Of a stretch of DNA of 38,462 bases, positions 16,992 to 26,539 are shown one piece after another. Where the stretch lies: positions 1 to 38,462 of IMG/VR virus record IMGVR_UViG_3300021181_000025, one strand, 5' to 3'. Position numbers and translations under genes: made by a program. The stretch comes from a virus. Taxonomy: Duplodnaviria > Caudoviricetes. The notes under the pieces are model-generated. The model saw only the letters and a list, made by a program, of their open reading frames with translations. It made no database searches and was not told the origin of the DNA. Within the stretch, counting starts at the first letter, position 1. Every line of letters starts with the position of its first letter.

Positions 16992-17191
16992 ACTTCGATG
17001 ATAAGCAACAGGCCTTAGCTGATTTGATTACCATTACCTATGAAAATATGGGTTTTGCCGTATTAAATGCGGTCCCACATACGCCCGGTGTTTATAAACT
17101 TGAAGTCATCGATGCGACAGGTATTAAAGAAGTCCTTGTAACCGTTCTTTTACATATGGCCTTGGTGAATCCAGATGCCCCCGCTAATTAA
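16988..17191 (+). CDS. Hypothetical protein
   Basis: 67 aa, overlaps both neighbours. Confidence 0.55.
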   Translation: MNFDDKQQALADLITITYENMGFAVLNAVPHTPGVYKLEVIDATGIKEVLVTVLLHMALVNPDAPAN

Positions 17192-17564
17192 CGCCAATGC
17201 ATTGACGTTGCAACAAAATGTCGGAGGGTTACCGGATGTGAGTGCGGCCGTCATGACATTGCTACAGCCAGTTTCAGTGGACCTGGTTTTTCAGCAGATG
17301 ATCAATGGTTATTACAAACCGATCAAGAATTTGACGGTTAATACCCAAGCATGTATCCAGCCGCTCCCACAAGAGTTGGCGATCAAGATGGAAGGTGAGC
17401 GTAATTGGCGCTGGAACTTAATTCACATCTTGCCAAATGTGGATTTGAATAACAATGATCTGATAACTCTCTTTAATATCCAATATAAAGTGATGAAAAA
17501 AGAGAATTGGGCAAAGTACGGGTATTTAACCTATATCGTCGTTGAGAATTTTACCAATGCTTAA
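17175..17564 (+). CDS. Head closure / head-tail adaptor protein
   Basis: QACIQP...EGERNW...YKVM..ENWAKYGY pattern; position. Confidence 0.75.
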   Translation: MPPLINANALTLQQNVGGLPDVSAAVMTLLQPVSVDLVFQQMINGYYKPIKNLTVNTQACIQPLPQELAIKMEGERNWRWNLIHILPNVDLNNNDLITLFNIQYKVMKKENWAKYGYLTYIVVENFTNA

Positions 17565-18123
17565 TCAGCTCGAACACATTACGTCTTTGGATTTGTTAAG
17601 GGACATCATCCAACAAGAGATGTGCCTGAAGGATAACCAGATTTATATTTATGCTCAACCAAATATTATCCCGACAGACACGGGACTGTATGTAGTAATT
17701 GAGTATAAATATTCTAAGGTTTACAGCAGCAGGAACCTGAACACGGCCACGGTGAGCGCGCTCACTCAAGAGCAAAATATTAATACTCAGGAATTCTTGA
17801 CGGTTCAGCTATTCTCACGAACCTTTGAAGCATTGCAGAGGAAAGAAGAGGCGGCGCTGGCGCTTAAGTCTTATTACGCCCAGACCATTCAGGAGCAATA
17901 TTCTTTTAAGCTTTCCGTCAATCCACAGATTTTGGATTTGACCAGTCTTGAGGCATCGGCGATGTTGTACCGTTATGATATCCCGGTGGTATTTCTAAGT
18001 GCGTATCAGAAAATTAAAACTGTAGCATGGTACCAATCATTCACAGCTGGTGTGACTGTCAATGATGGGCAACCGGATATGAAAGCCGAATTTACGCAAC
18101 CAACAGCATCTTTGCCAACATAG
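17557..18123 (+). CDS. Neck/tail terminator protein
   Basis: Immediately precedes sheath; ATG 17557 overlaps upstream stop. Confidence 0.7.
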   Translation: MLNQLEHITSLDLLRDIIQQEMCLKDNQIYIYAQPNIIPTDTGLYVVIEYKYSKVYSSRNLNTATVSALTQEQNINTQEFLTVQLFSRTFEALQRKEEAALALKSYYAQTIQEQYSFKLSVNPQILDLTSLEASAMLYRYDIPVVFLSAYQKIKTVAWYQSFTAGVTVNDGQPDMKAEFTQPTASLPT

Positions 18124-18135
18124 GAGGAGTTTTAA

Positions 18136-19506
18136 ATGCCAAATTTACCGATCACAAACATCATTGATATCAATGTCACATTCTTGCCCGCGGGGATCGG
18201 GAATTTTAACGTAAACAATTTGGCCTTGATCACCAGTGATCAATTCCTCTCAAACCCGAACGGTGATTTTCATCGTTCCTATGTGTCGTTGGCACAGGTT
18301 GGTATCGACTTTGGTACCAATACAGAAACCTACGCACAGGCCGCAGCCGTATTTGCTCAACAGCCTAACTTAGTAGGTGCGGGTGGTAACTTGGTCATTT
18401 TCCCGGCCTTCACCAATTCCTCTGTGGCCACTATTGCCGTTCAAGCGGGGGGTACAGGATATAAGCAAGGTGACGTATTTACTATCACGCAGACTGGAGC
18501 CAATGGCGCAACTGGTACGGTCTCAGGCGTCAATAGTTCTGGTACCGTATCTGCCATTACCTTAACCGCAGGTGGTACGGGCTATTCCACCACTACTTCT
18601 GCAGCAACTATAGGTGGTTCGGGTAGTGGTTTATCGGTGTCGATTTCTGCTCTGACCACAGAAACATTGGCTGCGGCAATCGCTCGGACCCAGCAATACG
18701 TCTATTATGTGGGTATCATCAGCACGAGTTATGGAGCCAACACAACGTGGTTATCACTGGCTAATACGGTCCAGGGCTATCAGAATCTGATCTTGTTCTT
18801 GCCTTCCAACAACACGATTGACCTGTCTAATGCGTTTCTTAACATTCAACAGGCTACCGATTTTAATACACGCTGTTTGTTCTATTCCAATTCCAATGCC
18901 CTGCAAGCCCGTTTGTTTGCAGCCGCATATGCTTCAAGATTGTTGTCCGTGGACGCCGCTGGTTCCAATACGGCATTGAATATGAATCTCCAACAACTGG
19001 AGACTATCGTAGCCGATGGCGGGATCACACAGACCATTGTGGGACTGTGCCAAACCGCGGGTGTGGATATCTATCCTTCAACCGCTGGCTATCCGGGCGT
19101 CTACTCCAATGGCGCAAATAAGTATGCTGATGAGGTATGGAATCTTATTGCCTTTGTCGCTCAGTTGGAAGTCAATGGTTTTAATGCGCTGGCCACCGCT
19201 GGTACGAAGGTGCCTCAGACAGAACCGGGCGTTTCTGTCCTTAAGAACGCCTATAAGCAGGCCTGTCAGCAATTTGTTAATAACGGATATATCGCACCGG
19301 GCGCCTGGACATCTGCCGAAATCATTGGTAATCAGGCAGACTTAATCTCTAATATCCTTCAGTACGGATATTATATTTACAGCCAGCCGGTTAATCAGCA
19401 ATCTACGGCCGCCCGCGCAGCACGTCAGGCACCCTTAATCAGCATTTGCATCAAAGAGGCCGGGGCGATTAATTCAAGCATTGTTAATGTGTATATCAAT
19501 CAATAA
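18136..19506 (+). CDS. Tail sheath protein (DUF3383 family)
   Basis: LPITNIIDINV start, KVPQTEPGV, NGYIAPG, ARAARQAP, EAGAIN. Confidence 0.92.
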   Translation: MPNLPITNIIDINVTFLPAGIGNFNVNNLALITSDQFLSNPNGDFHRSYVSLAQVGIDFGTNTETYAQAAAVFAQQPNLVGAGGNLVIFPAFTNSSVATIAVQAGGTGYKQGDVFTITQTGANGATGTVSGVNSSGTVSAITLTAGGTGYSTTTSAATIGGSGSGLSVSISALTTETLAAAIARTQQYVYYVGIISTSYGANTTWLSLANTVQGYQNLILFLPSNNTIDLSNAFLNIQQATDFNTRCLFYSNSNALQARLFAAAYASRLLSVDAAGSNTALNMNLQQLETIVADGGITQTIVGLCQTAGVDIYPSTAGYPGVYSNGANKYADEVWNLIAFVAQLEVNGFNALATAGTKVPQTEPGVSVLKNAYKQACQQFVNNGYIAPGAWTSAEIIGNQADLISNILQYGYYIYSQPVNQQSTAARAARQAPLISICIKEAGAINSSIVNVYINQ

Positions 19507-19518
19507 GGAGATGATCCC

Positions 19519-19974
19519 ATGGAAGTTTCTTTAACTGGTAAGGACGTAATCATCATCAATGGTCGGACGTTAAATGACTTTGCCGACGGGGATACTTGCA
19601 AGCTTGATTACCCAAATGATCTCTCCGTAATCAAGACTGGTAAGAATGGCAATAGCATTTATGCCTTCCAGTACAGCGGTTTGCAATGCACCGTGGAATT
19701 GCGCGTTCTTTTGGGAAGCTCCGATGACTCATTTTTAAATCAGTTGTTGAGTACCTTTATCAATAACCCTCCGGGCTTTACCTTAATGAACGGAGAATTT
19801 ATTAAGAATATCGGTGATGGCTCAGGGAATATTAATCCCACGTCTTATGTGTTGTCTGGCGGGACCTTTAAGAAACAGGTACCTGCTTTGGAAAATGCGG
19901 ACGGCAATACTGATCAGGCCATCGCGGTATTTATGCTTCAATTCACCAATGCTCCACGTGCCGTTAATATGTAA
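19519..19974 (+). CDS. Tail tube protein (DUF3277-like)
   Basis: 151 aa after sheath; DFADGD, GKNG, SSDDSFL. Confidence 0.85.
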   Translation: MEVSLTGKDVIIINGRTLNDFADGDTCKLDYPNDLSVIKTGKNGNSIYAFQYSGLQCTVELRVLLGSSDDSFLNQLLSTFINNPPGFTLMNGEFIKNIGDGSGNINPTSYVLSGGTFKKQVPALENADGNTDQAIAVFMLQFTNAPRAVNM

Positions 19975-19996
19975 TCCATGAAAGGAAAATCGAGGA

Positions 19997-20428
19997 ATGG
20001 AAAAAACATTAGATAGTGGCGCAAGGTTAATCATCACCTTGTCAGATTTTGAAGTTTGTGACAGGCTCTTAATCGCCGTCACCAAAGAATTAGAAGGGGT
20101 GGGAATTAATTTAGGTCTTAAATCAGGCGGCTTATCTGATTTCCTGAACATGGATATCGACAAAGACGCGGCATTAAATACTCTTAAAAATGCCATTATG
20201 CGTCTGGCAGCTTCTACCCTGATTAGGCCGGTGCTCTGGGAGTGCATGGGACGCGTAGTATACAACGGTCAAAAAGTCACTCCAAAAACATTTGAAGGTG
20301 AAAAAGAAAGGGGCGATTGGCCGATTGTCGCCAAGGAGGTGCTGGTTGCAAACCTTCTCCCTTTTTTTCCAAATCTAAGTTCAAGGTTGTCAACCGCCTT
20401 AAAGGGAGCTATCGAAAGCCCCAGATAA
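19997..20428 (+). CDS. Tail assembly chaperone (gpG-like)
   Basis: Between tube and TMP; ends ...NLLPFF over a slippery site. Confidence 0.8.
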   Translation: MEKTLDSGARLIITLSDFEVCDRLLIAVTKELEGVGINLGLKSGGLSDFLNMDIDKDAALNTLKNAIMRLAASTLIRPVLWECMGRVVYNGQKVTPKTFEGEKERGDWPIVAKEVLVANLLPFFPNLSSRLSTALKGAIESPR

Positions 20429-20607
20429 GAATTGAAGCTGAAAATTCGACGGTGATCAGTTTGCGGCTTGCAAAGGTTTGGAGTTGTCATCCGGATATGG
20501 TTTTAAAGACGCGAATTGACCTCGTAATTGATGCCCTTCATTACGAGGTTTTTTTACAAGAACATGAAGAAACAAGTTATCTGCTCAACCGAGAAGAGCG
20601 CAAATGA
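20359..20607 (+). CDS. -1 frameshift extension of tail chaperone (gpGT-like)
   Basis: CCCTTTTTTT at 20359-20368 (C CCU UUU and U UUU UUU in frame); -1 frame open to TGA 20607, which overlaps the TMP ATG. Confidence 0.75.
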   Translation, partial: PFFSKSKFKVVNRLKGSYRKPQIRIEAENSTVISLRLAKVWSCHPDMVLKTRIDLVIDALHYEVFLQEHEETSYLLNREERK

Positions 20608-21761
20608 GTGATGTAAAAGTAGGACAATTATGGTTTGGATTGGGGTTCGATGTCGATCAGGTCAAGCTGAATGATGTCGTCAACTCCATTGGCAAACTTA
20701 ATCTCAATAGCGTCTTAGCCGCGGTAGGTGTGGGTGCTTTGGTGGATGGTCTCAAAGACATTATGGATGTCGCAAGCCAGATCACCGAACCGATGTACAA
20801 ATTTAATGCCGAAACCGGATTATCAGCTCAACGTATGCAGCAATGGTCCGAGTACGCTCAAAAGTTTGGAGTGGCCGGGGATGTGGTTTCATCTTCCTTG
20901 GCAGGTCTGCAGAAGAAAATGGCAGCGATGAAGTTCGGTGATTCCAGCCTTCTAAGCGGCATATATTTGCTCCAACAGGCTGGTGCGGATATTAATCAAT
21001 CTGATCTTAATGATCCATTCAGCTTCTTACAGAAGGCCACTGTTGGTCTGCAAAAAATAAAGCCTGAATTAAGGACATACGTCGCTGGACTCTTAGGCCT
21101 TAACGAGCAAGTCCTTCTGCTTAAGAATGGTTTCCAAGGCGCTGATCAAATGCCTTTCCCTAGCGAAGAGCAGGTTAAAGCCATCCGTGATTATAATTCA
21201 GCATGGACCATGGTGGGGATTAACCTCAAGCAAATTTTCGTCGATATCGCCTCTCAATATGCTCCTGATTTACAAAATCTAGGAAATATGCTCAACAGCT
21301 GGGGTGAAGCCTTGCATAGAAATGCGGCGATTATTAGGCCGCTGTTCGAATATTTATTTGGACTGGTCGCCTTGGCCACCGCCTTGATAAACCCTTGGCT
21401 TGCGGTAGGGTATGTGTTCTATATGGTATTTACCCATCTCAAGCAATTGAGCGATTTAATTCCTGATTTGGAAAAGAAGCTCAAGAGCATTGGAATTGTC
21501 CAAGCTATTCAAGGAGGATTTAATTTAGCAAATAAGGCGGCTAATGCCATCGCACCGGGCAATGTCGCCAACACGGTTAATAGTGCCTTGGGAATACCGA
21601 ACGGCATATTTGCGGCCGCTTCGGGTGGGGGGAAACACGTCACCCAACAGAATTCTATTACCATCATTGCGCACAATATCGAAGATTTGGAGCATAAGTT
21701 TGTTGCTTTCATGGAAAAGACCATAGCTAAATCATTCTATCAAAACTCAGCAAATTACTAA
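20604..21761 (+). CDS. Tape measure protein (short)
   Basis: LWFGLGFDVD start, TGLSAQRMQQW, helical Ala/Leu-rich, one hydrophobic segment; position. Confidence 0.8.
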   Translation: MSDVKVGQLWFGLGFDVDQVKLNDVVNSIGKLNLNSVLAAVGVGALVDGLKDIMDVASQITEPMYKFNAETGLSAQRMQQWSEYAQKFGVAGDVVSSSLAGLQKKMAAMKFGDSSLLSGIYLLQQAGADINQSDLNDPFSFLQKATVGLQKIKPELRTYVAGLLGLNEQVLLLKNGFQGADQMPFPSEEQVKAIRDYNSAWTMVGINLKQIFVDIASQYAPDLQNLGNMLNSWGEALHRNAAIIRPLFEYLFGLVALATALINPWLAVGYVFYMVFTHLKQLSDLIPDLEKKLKSIGIVQAIQGGFNLANKAANAIAPGNVANTVNSALGIPNGIFAAASGGGKHVTQQNSITIIAHNIEDLEHKFVAFMEKTIAKSFYQNSANY

Positions 21762-21762
21762 G

Positions 21763-22533
21763 ATGCCACAAAGCGTAGACCTTAACAGTAATCAACTCTC
21801 CATCGTCGCACAGACAGGCAATATCATTGCCAATGTGGCAAACGGTGCTATTGTGCGGCCGACCGGAACCGTACCAACAAGCGGCATCAATGGCTTCGTA
21901 TTCGACTTTTTAGGTGAGGAGGAGATCACATTAGAGAGTGAAATCACGGATCACTACACCGAAGATAATTCCTCAATCCAAGATCATATCGCACAGAAGC
22001 CTATTCGCTACGTCTGTAAGGGATATATCGGCGAACTCTTTAATGTGTTTCCTAATGCCATCCTGTCCATCTTAACCTCCGTGCAGACACTTGATGCTAT
22101 TCCATCGCTTCAGCCCGTATTTAGTTCGCAGGCCAGCCAAGTTTATGATCAATTGGCAGCCGTCGGAGATCAGGCCGTCAATGTCATTGGTCAGGCACAA
22201 AGCCTTAATGCGTTGATATCTGGGATCAGCACCACCGCCAATCGTCAACAAAATGCCTATACCACTTTTTTAAATCTTTGGCAAAATCGTGTGTTATGTA
22301 CGGTTGAGACTCCCTATCAAGTTCTTTACATGATGGCCATCGAACGTGTGACGCCGGTCCAAAATGAAAATACTCAGATCATTACCGAATTCACGGTAAG
22401 TTTTAAACAAATCCGGTTGGCAACGACCTTGACATCAACACCATTAACGATTACCAATGCAGCGGGGAGCGGAGTAAAGTCGCCATCAAATACGGCACCT
22501 TATAACCTTCCCTCCAATATCACGCTGACCTAA
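21763..22533 (+). CDS. Baseplate / tube initiator (Dit-like) protein
   Basis: ESEITDHYTEDNSSIQDHIAQKP...VETPY...F.VSFKQIR. Confidence 0.82.
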   Translation: MPQSVDLNSNQLSIVAQTGNIIANVANGAIVRPTGTVPTSGINGFVFDFLGEEEITLESEITDHYTEDNSSIQDHIAQKPIRYVCKGYIGELFNVFPNAILSILTSVQTLDAIPSLQPVFSSQASQVYDQLAAVGDQAVNVIGQAQSLNALISGISTTANRQQNAYTTFLNLWQNRVLCTVETPYQVLYMMAIERVTPVQNENTQIITEFTVSFKQIRLATTLTSTPLTITNAAGSGVKSPSNTAPYNLPSNITLT

Positions 22534-22539
22534 GGGAAT

Positions 22540-23094
22540 ATGGGAAACGTCATACCCAATAATTATACCAGTCCACAGCCAGGCCTTTTGGATACCGCCA
22601 TTACAAGTCTCCAAAGCAATGCCAAGGGACGTGTGTCACAAATGTTGAGTCCGGTGGTTTTGTTGGGGCAGACCACGGGTGAACCGACGACAGGGAATCC
22701 GGTATTGACGGCATTTGGTCTGACTTCGACAGAAGAATCTAATCCGAATCAGATCATTAATTTCACTGCCGATCCTTCACAAAATATCATCATCGTCTTA
22801 AGCGATGGTACCAGTATCAACATGACGCTTAATTATTATGCTGGGCAACAGGGATGGTTTTACAGCTTCAATTACAACAACGGTCAATTTGTGGTCAATA
22901 ACCGTCGATTGGTTACGGGTCCTAACATGCTATCCCAATTTTCCAATATCATTGAATTTGGATTTGCTGTCACTACGACAGATGCCTATGAGCCGATATT
23001 TATCGATGATTTTATCACGGGGCGAACCAGCTTCTATATTTTAGAAGCCAATGATGTGGAGATAACGGCGGAAGCAATTATCAATGCTTACTAA
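22540..23094 (+). CDS. Baseplate plug-family protein with N-terminal extension
   Basis: C-terminal ~110 aa DPSQNIIIVL...QQGWF...RRLVTGPNML. Confidence 0.7.
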   Translation: MGNVIPNNYTSPQPGLLDTAITSLQSNAKGRVSQMLSPVVLLGQTTGEPTTGNPVLTAFGLTSTEESNPNQIINFTADPSQNIIIVLSDGTSINMTLNYYAGQQGWFYSFNYNNGQFVVNNRRLVTGPNMLSQFSNIIEFGFAVTTTDAYEPIFIDDFITGRTSFYILEANDVEITAEAIINAY

Positions 23095-24025
23095 ATTTCA
23101 AAGGAATTATGAGCTCGATGTTATTGGAAACGATGGTCAATTACACACGTTTTCTTATCCTTTAACGCTCGAGTTTATGGTCAAGCGCAATGTGTTGGCA
23201 TCAGCCAATACCGGGAATTTCAAGGTTTACAATCTGGGACAAACCACCCGGAATGTAATTTATAAAGATCAGTTTTCACCGAATCTGTCGTTTCGTTCTT
23301 TGACATTAAAAGCTGGATATGGTGCGGGATTGACCACGACGCTGCCTATTATATTCCAAGGCAATGTAATGATGGCGCAATCCTATCGTCTGGAAAAGAG
23401 TGTTAATTTCATCACAGAGATCGATGGATATGACTATGCATGGGTTATGACCAATGCCAAATCCAATAGAAATTATCCAGCGGGCACCGTCACCCAGACA
23501 AAGATCATCAACGATTTAATCGGTGATCTTCAAGTCACGGTACCGACTGATCCGAACAATAAAGGAGCAAATTTAGGCATCGGAGCCGTGAGTCCCCAAT
23601 TTAATGTGACCTACAATCAAAATGTCGCAATCGTAGGGAATACTTGGGATGCGCTGCAAAAGATCACTAATAATCAATGTTATATCGACAACGGGAATGT
23701 CTACTGCCTTTTTGAGAATGATGTGTTTCCCGGTGATCTTACGGTAATAAATTCTTCCACGGGTTTACTCGGAACACCAAGGAAGCAGGATCGGCTGATC
23801 ATAGTGGAAATTCTTTTCGAACCCCGATTGCAGGTAGGACAGCAGGTGCAGATTCAAAGCACCTCTTTGGCTCAATATGCCAATACCAACAACGGCATCT
23901 TCAAGGTGGTTGGCATCGAACACCGTGGCATCATATCTGGGGCGGTGGGTGGAGAATGTAAGACCATAGTAAGTTGTCTTTTACCTTTTGAAAAAATAAA
24001 CACTGTGAATTCGAACGCATCATGA
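23084..24025 (+). CDS. Baseplate hub protein
   Basis: FKVYNL, LKAGY, IFQGNV, INSSTGLLGTP, FEPRLQVG, FKVVGIEHRG. Confidence 0.88.
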   Translation: MLTKFQRNYELDVIGNDGQLHTFSYPLTLEFMVKRNVLASANTGNFKVYNLGQTTRNVIYKDQFSPNLSFRSLTLKAGYGAGLTTTLPIIFQGNVMMAQSYRLEKSVNFITEIDGYDYAWVMTNAKSNRNYPAGTVTQTKIINDLIGDLQVTVPTDPNNKGANLGIGAVSPQFNVTYNQNVAIVGNTWDALQKITNNQCYIDNGNVYCLFENDVFPGDLTVINSSTGLLGTPRKQDRLIIVEILFEPRLQVGQQVQIQSTSLAQYANTNNGIFKVVGIEHRGIISGAVGGECKTIVSCLLPFEKINTVNSNAS

Positions 24026-24972
24026 CAACGCCAGTTCAAGATAGCCAAAATTTTGTCCCGGTCACGCCAGATTTAAATGCGTGGATACGGTTGATGTTCC
24101 AGACCTTCTCAGCGAACTTCAATTGTGTTTCGTTGGCGACGGTGAATAGTTTTAATGCGATTAATCAAACCGTCAATTTGACGATTAATTATATCCGTGT
24201 ATTTAAAAATGCCAATCCTAATCTGCCAGAGGCGGCCGCGGATGGCCAGACTTCTAACGTGTATTTGCCTTACCCGGTCCTGATTCAATGTCCAGTGTTT
24301 ATTTTGCAGGGAGGCGGGTCATATCTAACCTTCCCAATAAAGGCTGGCGATACCGGAGTGGTGTTATTTAATGATAGAGAGATATCGACATGGATGCAGA
24401 CTGGACAAATCACGTATCCTCAAAACCCCAGGACGCATGACTTATCAGATGGCATTTATTTTGGTGGCATCCGTAATATATTGAACGCGATTCAAAATTA
24501 TAATACATCGGTATGCTCTTTGACGGATTCAACTGGAGAAAGATTAGAAATATCTGGTACAGGTAAGGTTTATTTTGGGAGCACCCTTCCTTCTGGATAC
24601 CTGTGGTGTGATGGTACGTCATATAGTACAACTACTTATCCCAATCTTTTTGCAGCTATTGGATATACCTTTGGAGGGAGTGGAGGAAGTTTTAATGTTC
24701 CTAATATGGCTGGACAAGTACCTGTAGGTATTGGGGGAACACTTGGGCTTACACTTGGGCAAGAATTTGGAGAGGTGAACCATACATTAACGATACCAGA
24801 AATGCCATCTCACAATCACGCGTTTGCTACTTTAAGTAATCCTGGGGCATCAAGTGAGGATGTTTTTTTCAGAAATGGCGGAGATGATCAGGTCACGCAA
24901 AACACTGGAGGGGACGAACCCCACAACAACGTTCAGCCCTCTTTGGGTGTCAATTGGATTATAAAAATATGA
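24022..24972 (+). CDS. Baseplate spike (Gp138-like N-domain) fused to tail-collar domain
   Basis: PVFILQGGGSYLTFPIKAGDTG...DREI...RTHDLSDG, then PSGYLWCDG...LFAAIGYTFGG...FNVPN...HTLTIPEMPSHNH...PHNNVQP. Confidence 0.85.
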   Translation: MTTPVQDSQNFVPVTPDLNAWIRLMFQTFSANFNCVSLATVNSFNAINQTVNLTINYIRVFKNANPNLPEAAADGQTSNVYLPYPVLIQCPVFILQGGGSYLTFPIKAGDTGVVLFNDREISTWMQTGQITYPQNPRTHDLSDGIYFGGIRNILNAIQNYNTSVCSLTDSTGERLEISGTGKVYFGSTLPSGYLWCDGTSYSTTTYPNLFAAIGYTFGGSGGSFNVPNMAGQVPVGIGGTLGLTLGQEFGEVNHTLTIPEMPSHNHAFATLSNPGASSEDVFFRNGGDDQVTQNTGGDEPHNNVQPSLGVNWIIKI

Positions 24973-25328
24973 TCATACGCGCACTATCATCTTCAGGAGA
25001 CGCTACTTTTGGGCAGGGAGTCCAGAACTTTCTGAACAACCAAAATGCGGTGGCATTAAATATTAAGACCAATCTATATTGCTTTTTAAGAGATTGCTAC
25101 TTTGATATTCAAAAAGGAATTGATTGGCTTAGATTCTTTAGCGTTCCCACCAATTCTCAAGAGGTATTATTGAGTGTTCGTGCGAACATTCTATTGTCAT
25201 TTGGCGTGGTCAGCATTAATAGTATTGATGTCAGTGTTTCAGGAAGAAAGATAATTATTAATGCCAGTGTCAATACAATCTATACAAGCAATTTCAAACT
25301 CAATCTTGAATATGTACCAGTATCTTAG
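24969..25328 (+). CDS. Baseplate wedge / sheath initiator (gp25/gp46-like)
   Basis: MIIRALSSSGDATFGQG...FDIQKGIDW...VNTIY; ATGA-type overlap. Confidence 0.8.
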   Translation: MIIRALSSSGDATFGQGVQNFLNNQNAVALNIKTNLYCFLRDCYFDIQKGIDWLRFFSVPTNSQEVLLSVRANILLSFGVVSINSIDVSVSGRKIIINASVNTIYTSNFKLNLEYVPVS

Positions 25329-25338
25329 GGGGTATTAA

Positions 25339-26538
25339 ATGGCAACATCCCAAATTCCTTATATCGACGGCACGGGCATAAATATTCTGACCCTTCAGCA
25401 GATCATTACCAATATTATTAATGGTACATCCAGTGTTCCTGGTCTCGTATCTATTTATGGTCCTGATATCAACGTCGATAGCAATACCCCTGATGGTCAG
25501 TGGATTAATATCTTCGCTCTCTCCAATGAGGATATCGAGCAACTCTGTGTTCAAATTTATGATTCTTTTGATCCAACACAAGCCATTGGTGTGGCATTAG
25601 ATGCTCTTTGTCAATTGAATAGTAGCAGCTTACTCCGCCAAGGCGGCACTTATACTTTAGTGGCCGTGACGATTAATGTCACTGGATCTGTCAATTTATC
25701 AGGATTAGACACTTCTACTCCATATACGATCTCTGATAGCAATGGAAATTTATACTTTTTAATTGCTTCGGCTTCATTGACTCCCGGTAATAATATATTA
25801 AATTTCCAAGCCGCCACCATAGGTTTTGTTCAGGTTTTACCAAACACTCTGACAATCCCAGTCACCATCATTGCGGGCGTGAATAGTGTCAATAATGCTT
25901 CCGTGCCCTATCAAGTCGGCCAAAATCAAGAGACCGATGCTCAATTAAGAATCCGCCGAGCCGCTTCTACCGCGATGCCATCTCAAGGGTTTAATCAATC
26001 CCTCTATGCTGGTCTTTTAAGCATTACAGGTGTCACTCAGGCCGTTATCTATGAGAATGACACAAGCACTACCGATGGCACAGGAACTCCCGGACATTCT
26101 ATATGGGTCATCGTAGAAGGTGGCACGAGCACCGCTATCGCGGACATGATATATACCTACCGCAATGCTGGATGTGGTATGTATGGTTCCACCACAGTGG
26201 CGGTTCCCCAGGCCGATGGCACAAACTTTAATGTCAGCTTCTCACCATCTGTGGATGTCAATCTCTATCTTAGCCTTACCGTTTCATCTCTGTCGGGTGG
26301 ATCTGTAGACGCTAGTGCATTGATCGCTTATTTGGTAGAGAATTATATTTTGGGAATCTATGAGGTTGCTGATATCACCTCTATCACGTCCCTGATTCAT
26401 CAATACAGTACGGATATTCTAGTGCAATTTGCAGGTGTAAGCCTAACGGCAGGCAGTTATATCGATTCAGTTCTTCCAACGAATCGGTTTAATATACTGA
26501 CATTATCGACGGGAACAACAACTGTGAGCGTGGTATAA
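25339..26538 (+). CDS. Baseplate J/gp47 family protein
   Basis: IYGPDINVDSNTPDGQ, FDPTQAIGVALD, QETDAQLRIRR, PGHSIWVIVEGG. Confidence 0.92.
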   Translation: MATSQIPYIDGTGINILTLQQIITNIINGTSSVPGLVSIYGPDINVDSNTPDGQWINIFALSNEDIEQLCVQIYDSFDPTQAIGVALDALCQLNSSSLLRQGGTYTLVAVTINVTGSVNLSGLDTSTPYTISDSNGNLYFLIASASLTPGNNILNFQAATIGFVQVLPNTLTIPVTIIAGVNSVNNASVPYQVGQNQETDAQLRIRRAASTAMPSQGFNQSLYAGLLSITGVTQAVIYENDTSTTDGTGTPGHSIWVIVEGGTSTAIADMIYTYRNAGCGMYGSTTVAVPQADGTNFNVSFSPSVDVNLYLSLTVSSLSGGSVDASALIAYLVENYILGIYEVADITSITSLIHQYSTDILVQFAGVSLTAGSYIDSVLPTNRFNILTLSTGTTTVSVV

Positions 26539-26539
26539 A

